Source: Gemmatales bacterium (GTDB lineage Bacteria; Planctomycetota; Planctomycetia; Gemmatales; HRBIN36). From it: 64,000 nucleotides of DNA. The notes under the pieces are model-generated. The model had not been told where the DNA came from. It searched no databases and was given only the letters and a program-made list of their open reading frames with translations. The stretch's first letter is position 1. Each line of letters opens with the position of its first letter. A program made the translations under genes and the position numbers. The stretch covers positions 210,984 to 274,983 of the forward strand of contig JBEPZY010000002.1 of NCBI GenBank assembly GCA_041640595.1. The letters run 5' to 3'. Positions 36,336 through 47,032 of the stretch are shown piece by piece.

Positions 36336-38864
36336 TTACTCACGGGTGATGAATTCGTCGAGGTTGAGCAGCACGCGAGCGACACCGACCCAGGCGACCG
36401 CTTGCGGCACCGGTATGTTCGCCGGTCGGTACGAACCAAGCAATGCTTCGGATGCTTTGGGATCGCGCTGGGCTTCCGCTACGAATTCGTGCCAGAGTGT
36501 TTCGAGTCGGTTCAACTCGCCCGGCGTCGGCTCCCGTGTCAAGGCAGTGCGGAATGCGGTACGCAAACGCTCGGTAAGCGAGCCCGGCATTTCCGCCAGA
36601 CGTTTCCCGAATGCCTGGGCACATTCGACGAATACGACATCGTTGAGCAGGGTCAGCGACTGCAACGGAGTGTTGGAGCGTTCGCGTTTCATGCAGCAGA
36701 CATTCGAGTCCGGCGCATCGAACATCACCAGCGTCGGATACGGACTGGTCCGCTGGAACCAGATGTACAGGCCGCGACGATAACGGTCCGGGCCTGTGCT
36801 TTCGATCCATTTAGCACTGCCGGCGTAAGTCAATTCGGAAATACCGGCAGGTTGCGGGGGCCGTACACTCGGGCCGCCAATGCGCCGCACCAGAAGACCG
36901 CTGACCGCCAGGGCATTGTCGCGGATAACCTCGGCCTCCAGCCGCAAACGATTCTGCCGCGCCAGCAGCGTGTTATACGGATCGCGCTGCTCCAGTTCCT
37001 GTCGGTAAGTGGAGGCCTGGCGGTAAGTGGCCGAGGTTACGATGAGCCGATGCAGTTTCTTCAAGCTCCACCCCTGGCGGATGAATTCCGAGGCGAGCCA
37101 GTCGAGCAACTCCGGATGGGACGGTTTTTCTCCCTGGGTGCCGAAATCGTTGACCGTCGGTACAATGCCCCGGCCGAAGTAGCGCTGCCAGATCCAGTTG
37201 ACGGTCACCCGCGGTGTCAGCGGATTGGCAGGGTCCACAATCCATTCCGCCAGATCGAGCCGGTTGGGCGGATTATGTTTCGGCTTGAACGGATGCAGGA
37301 CGGCGGGTGTGCCGGGCTGCACTTCCGCGCCCGGCCGCAGAAAATCGCCGCGAATCAGTACATGCGTTTTCCGCAGCGGGCCGAGGGCCAGCGTTTGCGC
37401 GTGCGTAACTGTAGGCTTGGCGCGATCGTGCGCTTGCAGTTTCTTGTTGAGTGCTGCCAGCGTGGCATCGGTGCTGGCCAGATAATCGAGCAGGGTTTTG
37501 CGGTGGTCGGCAGTTCGTTGCGCGGGCGGTGTTTGCAGGGCATTGCGAACGCCGGCCGGAAGTTTTTCGCGGTCGGCGGCCTGAAGTGTGGCTTCCCATT
37601 CGCTCAGTTTCGCCGCCAGCTCCTGCCGACGCTTTTCGATCGCCTGCACGAGTTCCTGCCGACGTTTTTCGTGCTCGGCCAGTTTCGGCCGCAAGGCTTC
37701 CTCTTCGCCCGGCAAAGGTGCAGGAATATCCACTTCCCGGTCGCTGTTGAAAAACGCGAAGAGCTGGTAAAACTCCCGCTGCGTGAACGGATCGTACTTG
37801 TGGTCGTGGCACTGGCAGCAATTCATGGTCGTGCCGAAAAAGACGGCGAATGTCGTGTTGACGCGATCCACCACCGCCTCGACGCGGAACTGTTCCTGAT
37901 CCACGCCCCCTTCGCGATTGGTCAGCGTGTTACGGTGAAAACCGGTCGCCACTTTTTGTTCGGTGGTGGCATTGGGTAACAGATCGCCGGCCAGCTGCTC
38001 GATGACGAATCGGTCGAAAGGCATGTCGCGGTTGAGGGCGTCAATGACCCAGTTCCGCCAGCGCCAGGCCCAGGGTCGGCCCAGGTCTTTTTCGTAGCCA
38101 TCGCTGTCAGCGTAACGAGCCAGGTCGAGCCAGTGGCGTGCCCAGCGTTCACCGTAGTGCGGCGAATCGAGCAAACGGTCCACGGCACGTTCGTAAGCAT
38201 CCGGACCAGTGTCGCGGAGGAATGCTTCGATTTCTTCCAGGGTCGGCGGCAGACCGGTCAGGTCGAGACTCACTCGTCGCAACAGCGTCCACCGATCGGC
38301 TTCGGGTGATGGTGCAATGCCTTCCTGTTCCAGCCGCGCCAGCACAAACGCATCAATGGGATTGCGCACCCAGGCGGTGTTTTTCACGCTCGGAATGGCG
38401 GGTCGGCGTATCGGCTGATAGGCCCAGTGGTCGGAACGCAGAGGGGTCGGGCCTTGGGCAGGTTTCGGCCAGTGCGCTCCCTGATCGATCCAGGCTCGCA
38501 GTTTGGCGATCTCCTCGGCGGAGAGGGGCCGGCCGCCTTCCGGCATTTTCAAATCCGGATCGCTACCGTCCAGCACCCGGATCAGCCGACTTTTGCCACT
38601 GTCGCCAGGAACGATGATCGGCCCGGAATTACCGCCCTTGAACGCTAAATCCGGATGATCGAGTCGCAAACCGCCTCTGGCTTTTCGCGGCCCGTGACAG
38701 GAATGGCAGTGCTTGCTCAAAATCGGTTCAATGTCCCGGGCGAAGTCCACGGATGGGGAACCCTTGGGTGCTTCTGAGCTGGCAGGTTTAACCGGTTGCT
38801 GAGCATGCACCCAGGCCAGCACGGCCACCAGTCCGATCACGCAAGCAACCATCAGCCTTTGCAT
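36336..38864 (-). CDS. Planctomycete cytochrome c domain plus DUF1549/DUF1553 (PSD1) protein
   Basis: CHSCH heme motif, HWAYQP, YGERWARHWLDLARYADSDG, CCQCHDHKYDP, PSHPELLDWLA, LLNLDEFIT. Confidence 0.93.
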   Translation of the reverse strand: MQRLMVACVIGLVAVLAWVHAQQPVKPASSEAPKGSPSVDFARDIEPILSKHCHSCHGPRKARGGLRLDHPDLAFKGGNSGPIIVPGDSGKSRLIRVLDGSDPDLKMPEGGRPLSAEEIAKLRAWIDQGAHWPKPAQGPTPLRSDHWAYQPIRRPAIPSVKNTAWVRNPIDAFVLARLEQEGIAPSPEADRWTLLRRVSLDLTGLPPTLEEIEAFLRDTGPDAYERAVDRLLDSPHYGERWARHWLDLARYADSDGYEKDLGRPWAWRWRNWVIDALNRDMPFDRFVIEQLAGDLLPNATTEQKVATGFHRNTLTNREGGVDQEQFRVEAVVDRVNTTFAVFFGTTMNCCQCHDHKYDPFTQREFYQLFAFFNSDREVDIPAPLPGEEEALRPKLAEHEKRRQELVQAIEKRRQELAAKLSEWEATLQAADREKLPAGVRNALQTPPAQRTADHRKTLLDYLASTDATLAALNKKLQAHDRAKPTVTHAQTLALGPLRKTHVLIRGDFLRPGAEVQPGTPAVLHPFKPKHNPPNRLDLAEWIVDPANPLTPRVTVNWIWQRYFGRGIVPTVNDFGTQGEKPSHPELLDWLASEFIRQGWSLKKLHRLIVTSATYRQASTYRQELEQRDPYNTLLARQNRLRLEAEVIRDNALAVSGLLVRRIGGPSVRPPQPAGISELTYAGSAKWIESTGPDRYRRGLYIWFQRTSPYPTLVMFDAPDSNVCCMKRERSNTPLQSLTLLNDVVFVECAQAFGKRLAEMPGSLTERLRTAFRTALTREPTPGELNRLETLWHEFVAEAQRDPKASEALLGSYRPANIPVPQAVAWVGVARVLLNLDEFITRE

Positions 38865-39150
38865 GGCATCACCTCGTCCATTCCAACCAGCGTCAGGCAG
38901 GGCGGATTTTTTCGGGTGGGATCGCGCCTATAGGATGCGCATCCGGGCGATATTATTGTCCAACTATCCGTAATAGTTTATCGGCTGGGTGGCATCCGGG
39001 CAAGCAACCTGACTCGCCTGCGGGAACTTTAGCAGCGCCAGCTACGTCGAAACTTATGGACTGACCTCGCCGATCACGGCGCTCAACGCATAGCATAACC
39101 ATAGCGGATTGCCGCTCCAACAACACGGTCTCAGGCCGGGAGGAAAAACT

Positions 39151-40824
39151 ATGCTCATGGCCAACAGGATGCGTTCCGTGCAACGGCTCTGGCTAGGCTC
39201 TCTGGCCGCGCTGGCAGCAATGTTGTGGCTTGGACAACCGATTTCTTTCGCCGATCAGCTCCCACCGGCCAGTGGCTCGGTGCTTGATGACGAGATCATC
39301 AAGTACATCAATTCAACACTGGAAAAGGCCTGGGCGGAAAACGGTATCGAACCTTCCCGACCGGCCACGGAGTACGAATGGTTGCGGCGAGTGTATTTGG
39401 ACGTGGTCGGGCGAATTCCTACCGTGGCGGAAATCGAGGCGTATATGAAGAAACCGACCGCCACCCGCCGGCGGGAAACGGTACAGGCCCTGGTGCGCAG
39501 CGATGATTATGCTGACAATTGGGCCAACCTCTGGACGGTGTGGTTAATCACCCGCACCAGTCCCCCTGGAATTAGCCGCAGCAAGCTGCACTCGTGGCTA
39601 TCGGAAAGTTTCGCCATCAACAAACCATACAACCAGCTGGCGAAGGAATTGATCACAGCCACGGGCAAGTGCGATGAGAATGGGCCGGTGAATTTTATTG
39701 CCGCCTGGGTAGGGGAACCGGTGCCGGCCAGCGATCGTTCCCGCGATGGTTATTTCGACATGGTGCCACTTACCTCCCGCATCACCCGCGTCTTTCTGGG
39801 CACGCAGATCCATTGCACCCAGTGCCACAATCACCCGTTTATTGATTCCCGCAAGCAGGATCAGTTCTGGAAATTCAATGCGTTTCTGCGTCAGGTGAAG
39901 CGCGATCCGCCGGTGATTCAGGGCAACGTCAAGAAAACCGTTGGCCGGTTCTATGTCATCGAGGAAGACCCGAACGTCAACCCCGGCGCCGCGGTGTTCT
40001 ACGAACAGCGAAACGGCCTGGTGCTGCGGGTGAGTGCCGCTTATCTGAACGGCGCACGGCCGGAAAAGCTGGAGCCGGGCAAACGCCGCGAGGTGCTGGC
40101 CGAACTGGTCACGCAGGACCCGATGTTCGCCAAGGCCCTGGTCAATCGCTACTGGGCCCACTTCTTCGGTCGCGGTTTCTGCCATCCCTTCGATGATTTC
40201 GGTGAGCACAACGAAATTGCGCATCCCGAACTGCTGGACAAACTGGCCGAAGCTTTCGTCGCCAGTGGTTACGATTTGCGCCGGCTGATCACGTGGATCA
40301 CGCTGTCCCGCCCGTACTCGCTCTCCAGTATCGCCAATAAGACCAATCGCTCTCAGGATGCCGCACCTTTCTTCGCTCGCATGCAACTGAAAGCGATGTC
40401 GCCCGAACAACTGGTGGATTCGATTTTCACCGCCACCGGTGTGGAATACACGAAACAGTCTCCCGAAGAACGGCGGAAGATGTATGAGGACTGGCTGCGG
40501 GAATTCACCGTCCGCTTCGGTGACGATGAGGGCAACGAGGCCACCTTCAACGGCACCATTGTGCAGGCGTTGATGCTGCTCAACGGCGAGCGGATCAACA
40601 ACGCCGTCAAAGGCACCGTTGTCCAGCAGGCGGCCAGACAGGGTCCCAAAGGGCTCGATTACATATTCCTCGCGGCGCTGAGTCGGCCACCCAACGCCAA
40701 AGAACGCGCTACTTGCCAGCAAATCATCGCACAAGTCATGGCACAGAAGAAGAGCCTGGAGATTGCCTATCAGGACATCCTCTGGGCACTGCTGAACTCC
40801 AACGAATTCTTCCTGAACCACTGA
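39151..40824 (+). CDS. DUF1549/DUF1553 domain protein
   Basis: WLRRVYLDVVGRIPT, CTQCHNHPF, HPELLDKLA, DILWALLNSNEFFLNH; GGAGG RBS. Confidence 0.92.
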   Translation: MLMANRMRSVQRLWLGSLAALAAMLWLGQPISFADQLPPASGSVLDDEIIKYINSTLEKAWAENGIEPSRPATEYEWLRRVYLDVVGRIPTVAEIEAYMKKPTATRRRETVQALVRSDDYADNWANLWTVWLITRTSPPGISRSKLHSWLSESFAINKPYNQLAKELITATGKCDENGPVNFIAAWVGEPVPASDRSRDGYFDMVPLTSRITRVFLGTQIHCTQCHNHPFIDSRKQDQFWKFNAFLRQVKRDPPVIQGNVKKTVGRFYVIEEDPNVNPGAAVFYEQRNGLVLRVSAAYLNGARPEKLEPGKRREVLAELVTQDPMFAKALVNRYWAHFFGRGFCHPFDDFGEHNEIAHPELLDKLAEAFVASGYDLRRLITWITLSRPYSLSSIANKTNRSQDAAPFFARMQLKAMSPEQLVDSIFTATGVEYTKQSPEERRKMYEDWLREFTVRFGDDEGNEATFNGTIVQALMLLNGERINNAVKGTVVQQAARQGPKGLDYIFLAALSRPPNAKERATCQQIIAQVMAQKKSLEIAYQDILWALLNSNEFFLNH

Positions 40825-41293
40825 TCGCCCATGCAGAGCGAGGCGGCGTCAACTCCCGCAGGCATAAGGCGCCCGCCCTGCGGTTTTCCGGCCATATTGT
40901 CGGATTGGCTACACCCTGGGCGGTAGTATAGTTCTAGTGGAGGTGCCGCCAGCTTGCAGACTGGCATGAGAAGTTGCGCATAACCGGGTGGTGCTTGGTT
41001 GGGTAAGGTATAGCTGCGAGAGTTCCAGTGTGGGTACGACCGGGCGGGGCGGTTATCGCGCACTTTCCGCAGGCATCACGTGGCTTTCTGCGTGTGCAGG
41101 CAACTCGGCATCTCCCGCTTGCATTTTGTCTGCGCAGGCGATAGAACAAGCGCAACTCGACGATCAAAGGTGTGCTGGGCATCAGCTCCGGAGTAAAGGG
41201 GGAGCCTTTTCGTGTCATTGCATCGGTGTCTGGCGCTACCAATCGCTGACAATTTCGCTCGCCAAACGAGCCAACACGGAGGCTGACGAGTGC

Positions 41294-42403
41294 ATGCCGC
41301 GAAAGCAGGTGGCGCAATTTACCGTCGAATATCTGCAAATCCTTGACGAAAACGGTGTGGCCGATCGTGCCCTGGAACCGAGTCTGCCCCCAGCCACGTT
41401 GCTGCAAGTGCACCGGATGATGGTGCTGGCACGGCTGCTCGATCGCCGCATGACTATTCTGCAACAGCAGGGACGCCTGGGTACGTTTCCGAGTGTGCTG
41501 GGGCAGGAGGCTGCCAGTCTGGGTTGTGTTCTGGCTCTGCGTCCCGATGACTGGATTGTGCCCTGCTACCGCGAGAACTCGGCGTTGCTGTATCGCGGCC
41601 TGCCGATCAAAAACATCCTGCTGTTCTGGATGGGTGCGGAAGAGGGCTGCGTTTATTCTCCGGAGCTGCGGATTCTGCCGATTCCGATTCTGATCGGCAG
41701 TCAGACCATCCACGCGGTGGGTCTGGCCCTGGCGGCGAAAATCCACCAGCGCGATGAGGTGAGCATGGTTTTTTTCGGCGACGGAGCGACTTCCGAGGGA
41801 GATTTTCACGAGGCGTGCAACCTGGCCGGTGTGTATCAGGCCCCCGTAATTTTTGTTTGCATCAACAACCAGTACGCCATCTCCGTGCCCCGCAGTCAGC
41901 AATCACGCTCGGAAACGCTGGCACAGAAGGCAATCGCTTACGGATTTTCCGGCATCGTCGTGGACGGCAACGATGTGCTGGCCTGTTATGTGGCCGCACG
42001 CGAAGCCGTGGAACGAGCTCGTCGCGGTCAGGGGCCGACTCTCATCGAATGCCTCACCTATCGCCTCGGTCCGCACACTTCCGCCGATGATCCCCGCCGC
42101 TACCGCGAAGAAGCAGAACGTCAGGTCTGGGAAGCCCGCGATCCGATCAAGCGCTGGCAGGCGTATCTGGAACGGCAAGGGCTCTGGACGGCTGATCAGC
42201 AGGCGGAACTGGAGCGGGAACTGCAGGCGGAAATTGACCAGGCAGTTCGGTTGGCCGAAGCGGAACTGGCACAGCTCGACCCGCTGGACATGTTCGACTA
42301 CGTGTATGCGGAAACGCCGCCGGATCTGCTGGCTCAGAAGCGCGAAGCCGCCGAATATGTCCGACCCGATGCTTCCGTTTCGACGCCGGCGCGGAGGTCG
42401 TGA
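41294..42403 (+). CDS. pdhA: Pyruvate/2-oxoacid dehydrogenase E1 alpha
   Basis: QQQGRLG, GQEA, TPP motif GDGATSEGDFHE..NNQYAIS, YRLGPHTSADDP. Confidence 0.92.
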   Translation: MPRKQVAQFTVEYLQILDENGVADRALEPSLPPATLLQVHRMMVLARLLDRRMTILQQQGRLGTFPSVLGQEAASLGCVLALRPDDWIVPCYRENSALLYRGLPIKNILLFWMGAEEGCVYSPELRILPIPILIGSQTIHAVGLALAAKIHQRDEVSMVFFGDGATSEGDFHEACNLAGVYQAPVIFVCINNQYAISVPRSQQSRSETLAQKAIAYGFSGIVVDGNDVLACYVAAREAVERARRGQGPTLIECLTYRLGPHTSADDPRRYREEAERQVWEARDPIKRWQAYLERQGLWTADQQAELERELQAEIDQAVRLAEAELAQLDPLDMFDYVYAETPPDLLAQKREAAEYVRPDASVSTPARRS

Positions 42404-43384
42404 ATGGCCCTACGCAACCTGGTACAGGCACTCAATCTCGCCCTGCGGCAGGAGATGGAAAAGGATGACCGGATTGTTCTCCTGGGAGAAGATATCGGCC
42501 GGCAGGGCGGCGTTTTTCGCGTTACTGAGGGATTGCTGGATCGCTTCGGGCCGATGCGGGTGCTCGATACACCAGTTTCCGAAGCGGGGATCGTCGGCAC
42601 TTCCATCGGGCTGGCATTAGCCGGGTTACGTCCGGTCGCGGAGATTCAGTTCAGCGGCTTCATGTTCAACGCCCTGCACCAGCTTGGACTGTTAGCGGCA
42701 CGGTTTCGCAGCCGGTCACGGGGAACTTTCCAGGTGCCGATGGTGGTACGCAGTCCCTGGGGCGGTGGTGTGCGGGCGCTGGAATTGCACAACGAAAGCG
42801 AAGAAGCGGTTTACGCCCAGCTGCCCGGTTTGAAAGTGGTCATCCCTTCTCGTCCGCGGCGAGCCCGAGCCCTTCTGGTCGCCAGCATCCGCGATCCCGA
42901 TCCGGTGGTCTTTCTCGAACCGAAGCGGGTGTACCGCTCCATTCGGGAAGAGGTGCCGGACGAGGAAGAAATCTTCCCGATCGGCGAGGCCGAAATTGTT
43001 CGCAGCGGCCGCCATCTGACGCTGATTACCTACGGCAGCATGTTGCAGGACTGCTTGCAGGCCGCCGAGCAGGCCGAACGACTGCACCAGATCAGCGTGG
43101 AGGTGATTGATCTGCTCACGGTCGTGCCTATGGATACGGCAACGATTGTGCGATCGGTGCAAAAAACCGGTCGCTGCGTCGTTGTCCACGAGGCACCGCG
43201 TTCCTGCGGTATCGGTGCGGAAATTATCGCGCGGATCAACGAACAATGCCTGTTCCATTTGCAGGCACCGGTGGCACGGGTGACCGGTTACGATATTCCC
43301 TATCCGTTCTTTGCCCGCGAACAAAGCTATCTGCCCAACGTGGCACGGATTCTCGACGCCATTCGCCGGACGCTGGAGTCGTAA
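42404..43384 (+). CDS. pdhB: Pyruvate/2-oxoacid dehydrogenase E1 beta
   Basis: LLGEDIG..GGVFRVT.GL, DTPVSEAGIVG, DPVVFLEPK, SVQKTGR. Confidence 0.92.
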   Translation: MALRNLVQALNLALRQEMEKDDRIVLLGEDIGRQGGVFRVTEGLLDRFGPMRVLDTPVSEAGIVGTSIGLALAGLRPVAEIQFSGFMFNALHQLGLLAARFRSRSRGTFQVPMVVRSPWGGGVRALELHNESEEAVYAQLPGLKVVIPSRPRRARALLVASIRDPDPVVFLEPKRVYRSIREEVPDEEEIFPIGEAEIVRSGRHLTLITYGSMLQDCLQAAEQAERLHQISVEVIDLLTVVPMDTATIVRSVQKTGRCVVVHEAPRSCGIGAEIIARINEQCLFHLQAPVARVTGYDIPYPFFAREQSYLPNVARILDAIRRTLES

Positions 43385-43705
43385 CTTCTGCAAACCCATT
43401 CGGGCATGGTTAGCGAGCCACGGACTGACGGGTATTTCTACGCCGTTTCAATAGTTCCCGGCGCACCTTGTTCGTCCATAGTTCGTCAATGGAACAGCAC
43501 TTGAGAGCGACTGGCAATTTCCTCGCCGACCTTGGGATCGTTTTCTGCCAGGGCTGGCATTGTGCTGCGGGTGACTTTTGCGTGGAACCTGTGGCCTAAT
43601 CAACACGGCCATGTGTTTGCTTCCCGCGTGGGTGCAACTTGCCTCGAAGGGTTTCCGGGACTTTCCGAGCAAAGTCGCCTTGCAGCCGACCGAGCGGGGA
43701 AACGA

Positions 43706-44125
43706 TCAGGAACCAGGCTGGTCGGGTTGAACCACTTTGATTTCGATTCGCCGGGCCCGGGCACGCTGGAGTTTGGGAAGCACCAGACGCAACACGCCGT
43801 TTTGGAATTCGGCCGTGATGGCGTCCGCATCCACTTCTTCCGGCAGAATGAACGAACGGAAAAAGTCGCCGATGCGGACTTCCTCATAGACCGCTCGCGC
43901 GTCGCGGGGAACGGGCCAGCGTACTTTACCGTAAATCTCCAGCACGTTTCCCTGCACGTTGACACGGAGATTATCCCCGCTGACGCCGGGCAGATCGGCT
44001 TCCAACACCAAACCGTCCGGCGTTTCGTAAATGTCGAGAGCCGGAGTGAACAGGTTCTCCGTACGGTCTGGCGGTTCGGAATTGCCAGTTACCCGCGGTT
44101 GCAGCAAATGCTCCGGCTCCGGCAT
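43706..44125 (-). CDS. Hsp20/alpha-crystallin small heat-shock protein
   Basis: PALDIYET, ADLPGV, FFRSFILP, AEFQNGVLRLVLPK; AGGAGG RBS. Confidence 0.92.
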   Translation of the reverse strand: MPEPEHLLQPRVTGNSEPPDRTENLFTPALDIYETPDGLVLEADLPGVSGDNLRVNVQGNVLEIYGKVRWPVPRDARAVYEEVRIGDFFRSFILPEEVDADAITAEFQNGVLRLVLPKLQRARARRIEIKVVQPDQPGS

Positions 44126-44144
44126 GGTAAGGGCCTCCTGGTAG

Positions 44145-44588
44145 TTACGCGGTGCGGATTTGCACCTGCCGCGACTGGGCCTCCGGAACCTTGGCCACTC
44201 GCAGCACCAGCAGGCCGTTTTCCAGCGTCCCCGTGACCGAACTCGGATCGGCACGTTCCGGCAGCCCAATGGTGCGGCACCAGCTACCCATCCAGCGTTC
44301 CTCGCGGCGGAAAGTTTCTTCGGGGGCCAGTTGCTGGCGTTTTCGTTCGCCCCGTATCGTCAGCCGATCGCCTACAGTGGTAACTTCCAAATCCTGCGGC
44401 TTGACACCGGGCAACGGAACAATCAGAATAAACTCATTGGCCGTTTCGTACACGTTGATGGGCGGATACTGTCGGCCTGCCTCCCAAAAAAATCGGCTGC
44501 TGACCAGCGTGAGATCGAAAATGCGTTCCATCTCACGCTGCAGTTCGTCCAGGGCATCCCAGGCAGACCGAAACGGCCAGATAATCAT
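44145..44588 (-). CDS. Hsp20/alpha-crystallin small heat-shock protein
   Basis: YPPINVYET, LPGV, LTIRGER, LENGLLVLRVAK; GGAGG RBS. Confidence 0.92.
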   Translation of the reverse strand: MIIWPFRSAWDALDELQREMERIFDLTLVSSRFFWEAGRQYPPINVYETANEFILIVPLPGVKPQDLEVTTVGDRLTIRGERKRQQLAPEETFRREERWMGSWCRTIGLPERADPSSVTGTLENGLLVLRVAKVPEAQSRQVQIRTA

Positions 44589-44631
44589 GCCTTGCTGCCT
44601 CCACGGACATCCGTCATTCCAAGCCAAGTCA

Positions 44632-44750
44632 AGTGGTCAGTGGTCAGTGACCGGTGGCCAGTGATCCGTGGCCAGTCGCTATATCTGTTCTCCGCCAAAT
44701 CTGCGGTTTCGAGCCAAGCCAAGTGGTCAGTGGCCAGTGGCCGGTGATCC
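44632..44750. repeat. Two blocks of 7-bp tandem repeats (AGTGG[T/C]C-like)
   Basis: 44632-44680 (about 7 units) and 44722-44750 (about 4 units), each preceded by AGCCAAG. Confidence 0.75.
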
Positions 44751-44784
44751 GAGGCCAGGCGCTGGGTTCCACCCATGGCTAAAC

Positions 44785-44800
44785 AGCAACTCCAGTGCCA
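44785..44800 (-). promoter_or_regulatory. Sigma-54 (-24/-12) promoter for the hsp20 pair
   Basis: Minus strand TGGCAC-TGGAG-TTGCT fits the TGGCAC-N5-TTGC(A/T) consensus. Confidence 0.65.
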
Positions 44801-45538
44801 ATCGCGCATATATCCTTCAGCGCAGTAAACCTTTACCCATAGAAACGTTACGTCGCAAGACCGGGCAGTGCCAACCGTGATCCTGCGAGGCGACGGAATC
44901 CAGACTGCCAGGATGGCAGGCTCAGGTCTATTCCCCGCTCAGGGGTGCCAGCCCATGCCCAGCAACGAACCGCAAGCGCACACAAATGTTCCAGCGCTAG
45001 CCATTGGCGGACACACGGGTGCCAGCCTTGGCCAGTAAAGAACGGCAAACCTATCGCGGTTCCTTTCCGAACAGGGGCAAGGTCAACGCCATTGGGAGAA
45101 GACCAACGAACTGCTAGCCCACCGCGGTTTGTTGCCCAGCAACGTCGCACGTTGAACGTCGAAGGAGGCATCCGCCAGCAACAGCAACGAACCGCAAGCC
45201 CATCTCACCCCAACTGATGCTCGGCCTGCCTCATTTGGCGAAGCGAAGGTTTGCGATTGGTTCCTGCGCGAGCCAGGCGGACACGGAGAAAGCGGCTTGT
45301 ATGATAAATGGCAGCGCCGGGCTCGGTGATAGACGCAGCGACCGCGCCGGCTCGAACTGGTCGGCACCACGAACGCGGGCGAAGCGTCCATTGCCGAAGC
45401 GGCAGACGCAGTGTGCGGGTCTGACCGATCGGATGGCACGATCACAGCGCGAGTCAAGACTTTACACACGACGCCGTGGACGCAGTGCCCGGGCCTGACC
45501 GATCGGCGCGACGGTGGGTTACTAGCGGGGATTGAGCC

Positions 45539-47032
45539 ATGAGCCAGCCGCAATTTTTCGAGTATGTTTGTCCGTATTGTCAGGTGCCCCAGCGTTTCCC
45601 GGTGATAGCTCGCGGCAAACGGGGACGTTGTTCGGCGTGTGGTACCGTCTTCCATTTGCCGGAGACCGTTGTGCAAATCGGCGGCATGGCCCATGCCGTG
45701 CCGGTTGAAGCAGGCAGTCGCCGACCTCCGGAGGTAATCCTTCTGGGTGACGAACCGGCGGCACCGTCCCGGCGTTCGATCAGCGTGGTTTTTGTCTGCG
45801 TGGTAGCGCTGTTGCTGGGCGGTGGGTTGGGAGCGGCGGGATTGCTGATTTATCTCAATCGCCAGTTTGAAGCGGGCATGGATCAGCTGGCCCAGCCCGT
45901 GCCGGGCGGACAGCAACAGCAACCCAAGGACGAAAAAGACCTGAGCCATCTCGTTCCTTCCGTCGCCTGTCTGGGTGGTCGGCGTCCTTATGGCCACGCG
46001 GTGCTCGTCGAACACCAGGGGCAACTTTACCTGGCCACGCTCAGAGAACAGTTGCGTTACCAGGAGGAGAAAATCCCGGCGACGTTCTTCGATGCCAGCG
46101 GCAAGGCGTTGCTCACCGAGGAAGTTACGCCGGTCATCGGGTGCAATGCTCCGTTTGCTGAAGCGGTCCTGCTGGGATTTACCGGCGAACCGGACAAGTT
46201 GCGGGGGCGCTTGCAGGAACTGGGGATCCGACCGGTTCCGCTCGCCAAAAATGTCCGCGACTTACGTGCGGGAGACCGGCTGTATGTGCTTGGGCGAACC
46301 GGTGGTCAGGATTTCGCTGTCTCGGAGCATCCGCGACAGACCCCGGCCCGGGTTTGCCTGTTGCCCAGCCCGGCCGCTGGTGCCGACCTCCAGATATTCA
46401 GTGTAGATTGGCTGGCTGCACACACGGTATTGCCGGCGGCTCCACTGTTTAATCCCGACGGAGAACTGGTCGGCCTGTATGCTCAGTTTGTCCGCCTGCC
46501 GGAAGGCCCGATCGCCGAGAACAATCCCGTCATTGGTGCCGACCAGATTCGTCAGCTTCTGGAGGCTCCGGAGGTGCAGGTGCGTGGTAAGGAATTGCTG
46601 CAAAGGCTGAACCTGGTGCTACCGGCACCGTCCGGAGCGGAGAAATCTTCGCCGGCTACTCGTCCCGGCGGTTTCCGAACTACGCCGCCAGAGTTACTCC
46701 GATTCACGCCGGAGCTGAAAATGATCCACCGTCCCTTTGCCCTGGCACGCTTCAACACCCATGTGCTCGGCCGCGTTCGCGCCAGTCAGCGGGTGCTTCT
46801 GGTTTTCGAGGTGGAACACTGGCCAGAACCCACCTGTCAGATCGAGATTTTTGCTCAGCACTTCAAGCCAGGCGAGCCTCCCAAGGTCATCCGCGAATTC
46901 ACGTTTGCCGAGAAACGGGCGGTGCTGCTGTTTGACCCGCCGGCTCCGGGAGTGTACGGCGTTCGGCTCCGGGTACCTCCGGATGAACAGGCCAAATTTC
47001 TCGTCCACCTCCATGCAGCGGTGGGATGGTGA
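45539..47032 (+). CDS. Membrane-anchored hypothetical protein: N-terminal zinc ribbon, TM helix, degenerate trypsin-like domain
   Basis: CPYC..CSAC, hydrophobic helix, GDRLYVLG and APLFNPDGELVGL. Confidence 0.7.
   Translation: MSQPQFFEYVCPYCQVPQRFPVIARGKRGRCSACGTVFHLPETVVQIGGMAHAVPVEAGSRRPPEVILLGDEPAAPSRRSISVVFVCVVALLLGGGLGAAGLLIYLNRQFEAGMDQLAQPVPGGQQQQPKDEKDLSHLVPSVACLGGRRPYGHAVLVEHQGQLYLATLREQLRYQEEKIPATFFDASGKALLTEEVTPVIGCNAPFAEAVLLGFTGEPDKLRGRLQELGIRPVPLAKNVRDLRAGDRLYVLGRTGGQDFAVSEHPRQTPARVCLLPSPAAGADLQIFSVDWLAAHTVLPAAPLFNPDGELVGLYAQFVRLPEGPIAENNPVIGADQIRQLLEAPEVQVRGKELLQRLNLVLPAPSGAEKSSPATRPGGFRTTPPELLRFTPELKMIHRPFALARFNTHVLGRVRASQRVLLVFEVEHWPEPTCQIEIFAQHFKPGEPPKVIREFTFAEKRAVLLFDPPAPGVYGVRLRVPPDEQAKFLVHLHAAVGW

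Noticed and set aside
45434..45448. Sigma-54 promoter TGGCACGATCACAGC upstream of the 45539 gene
   Set aside because: The -12 element lacks the conserved TT
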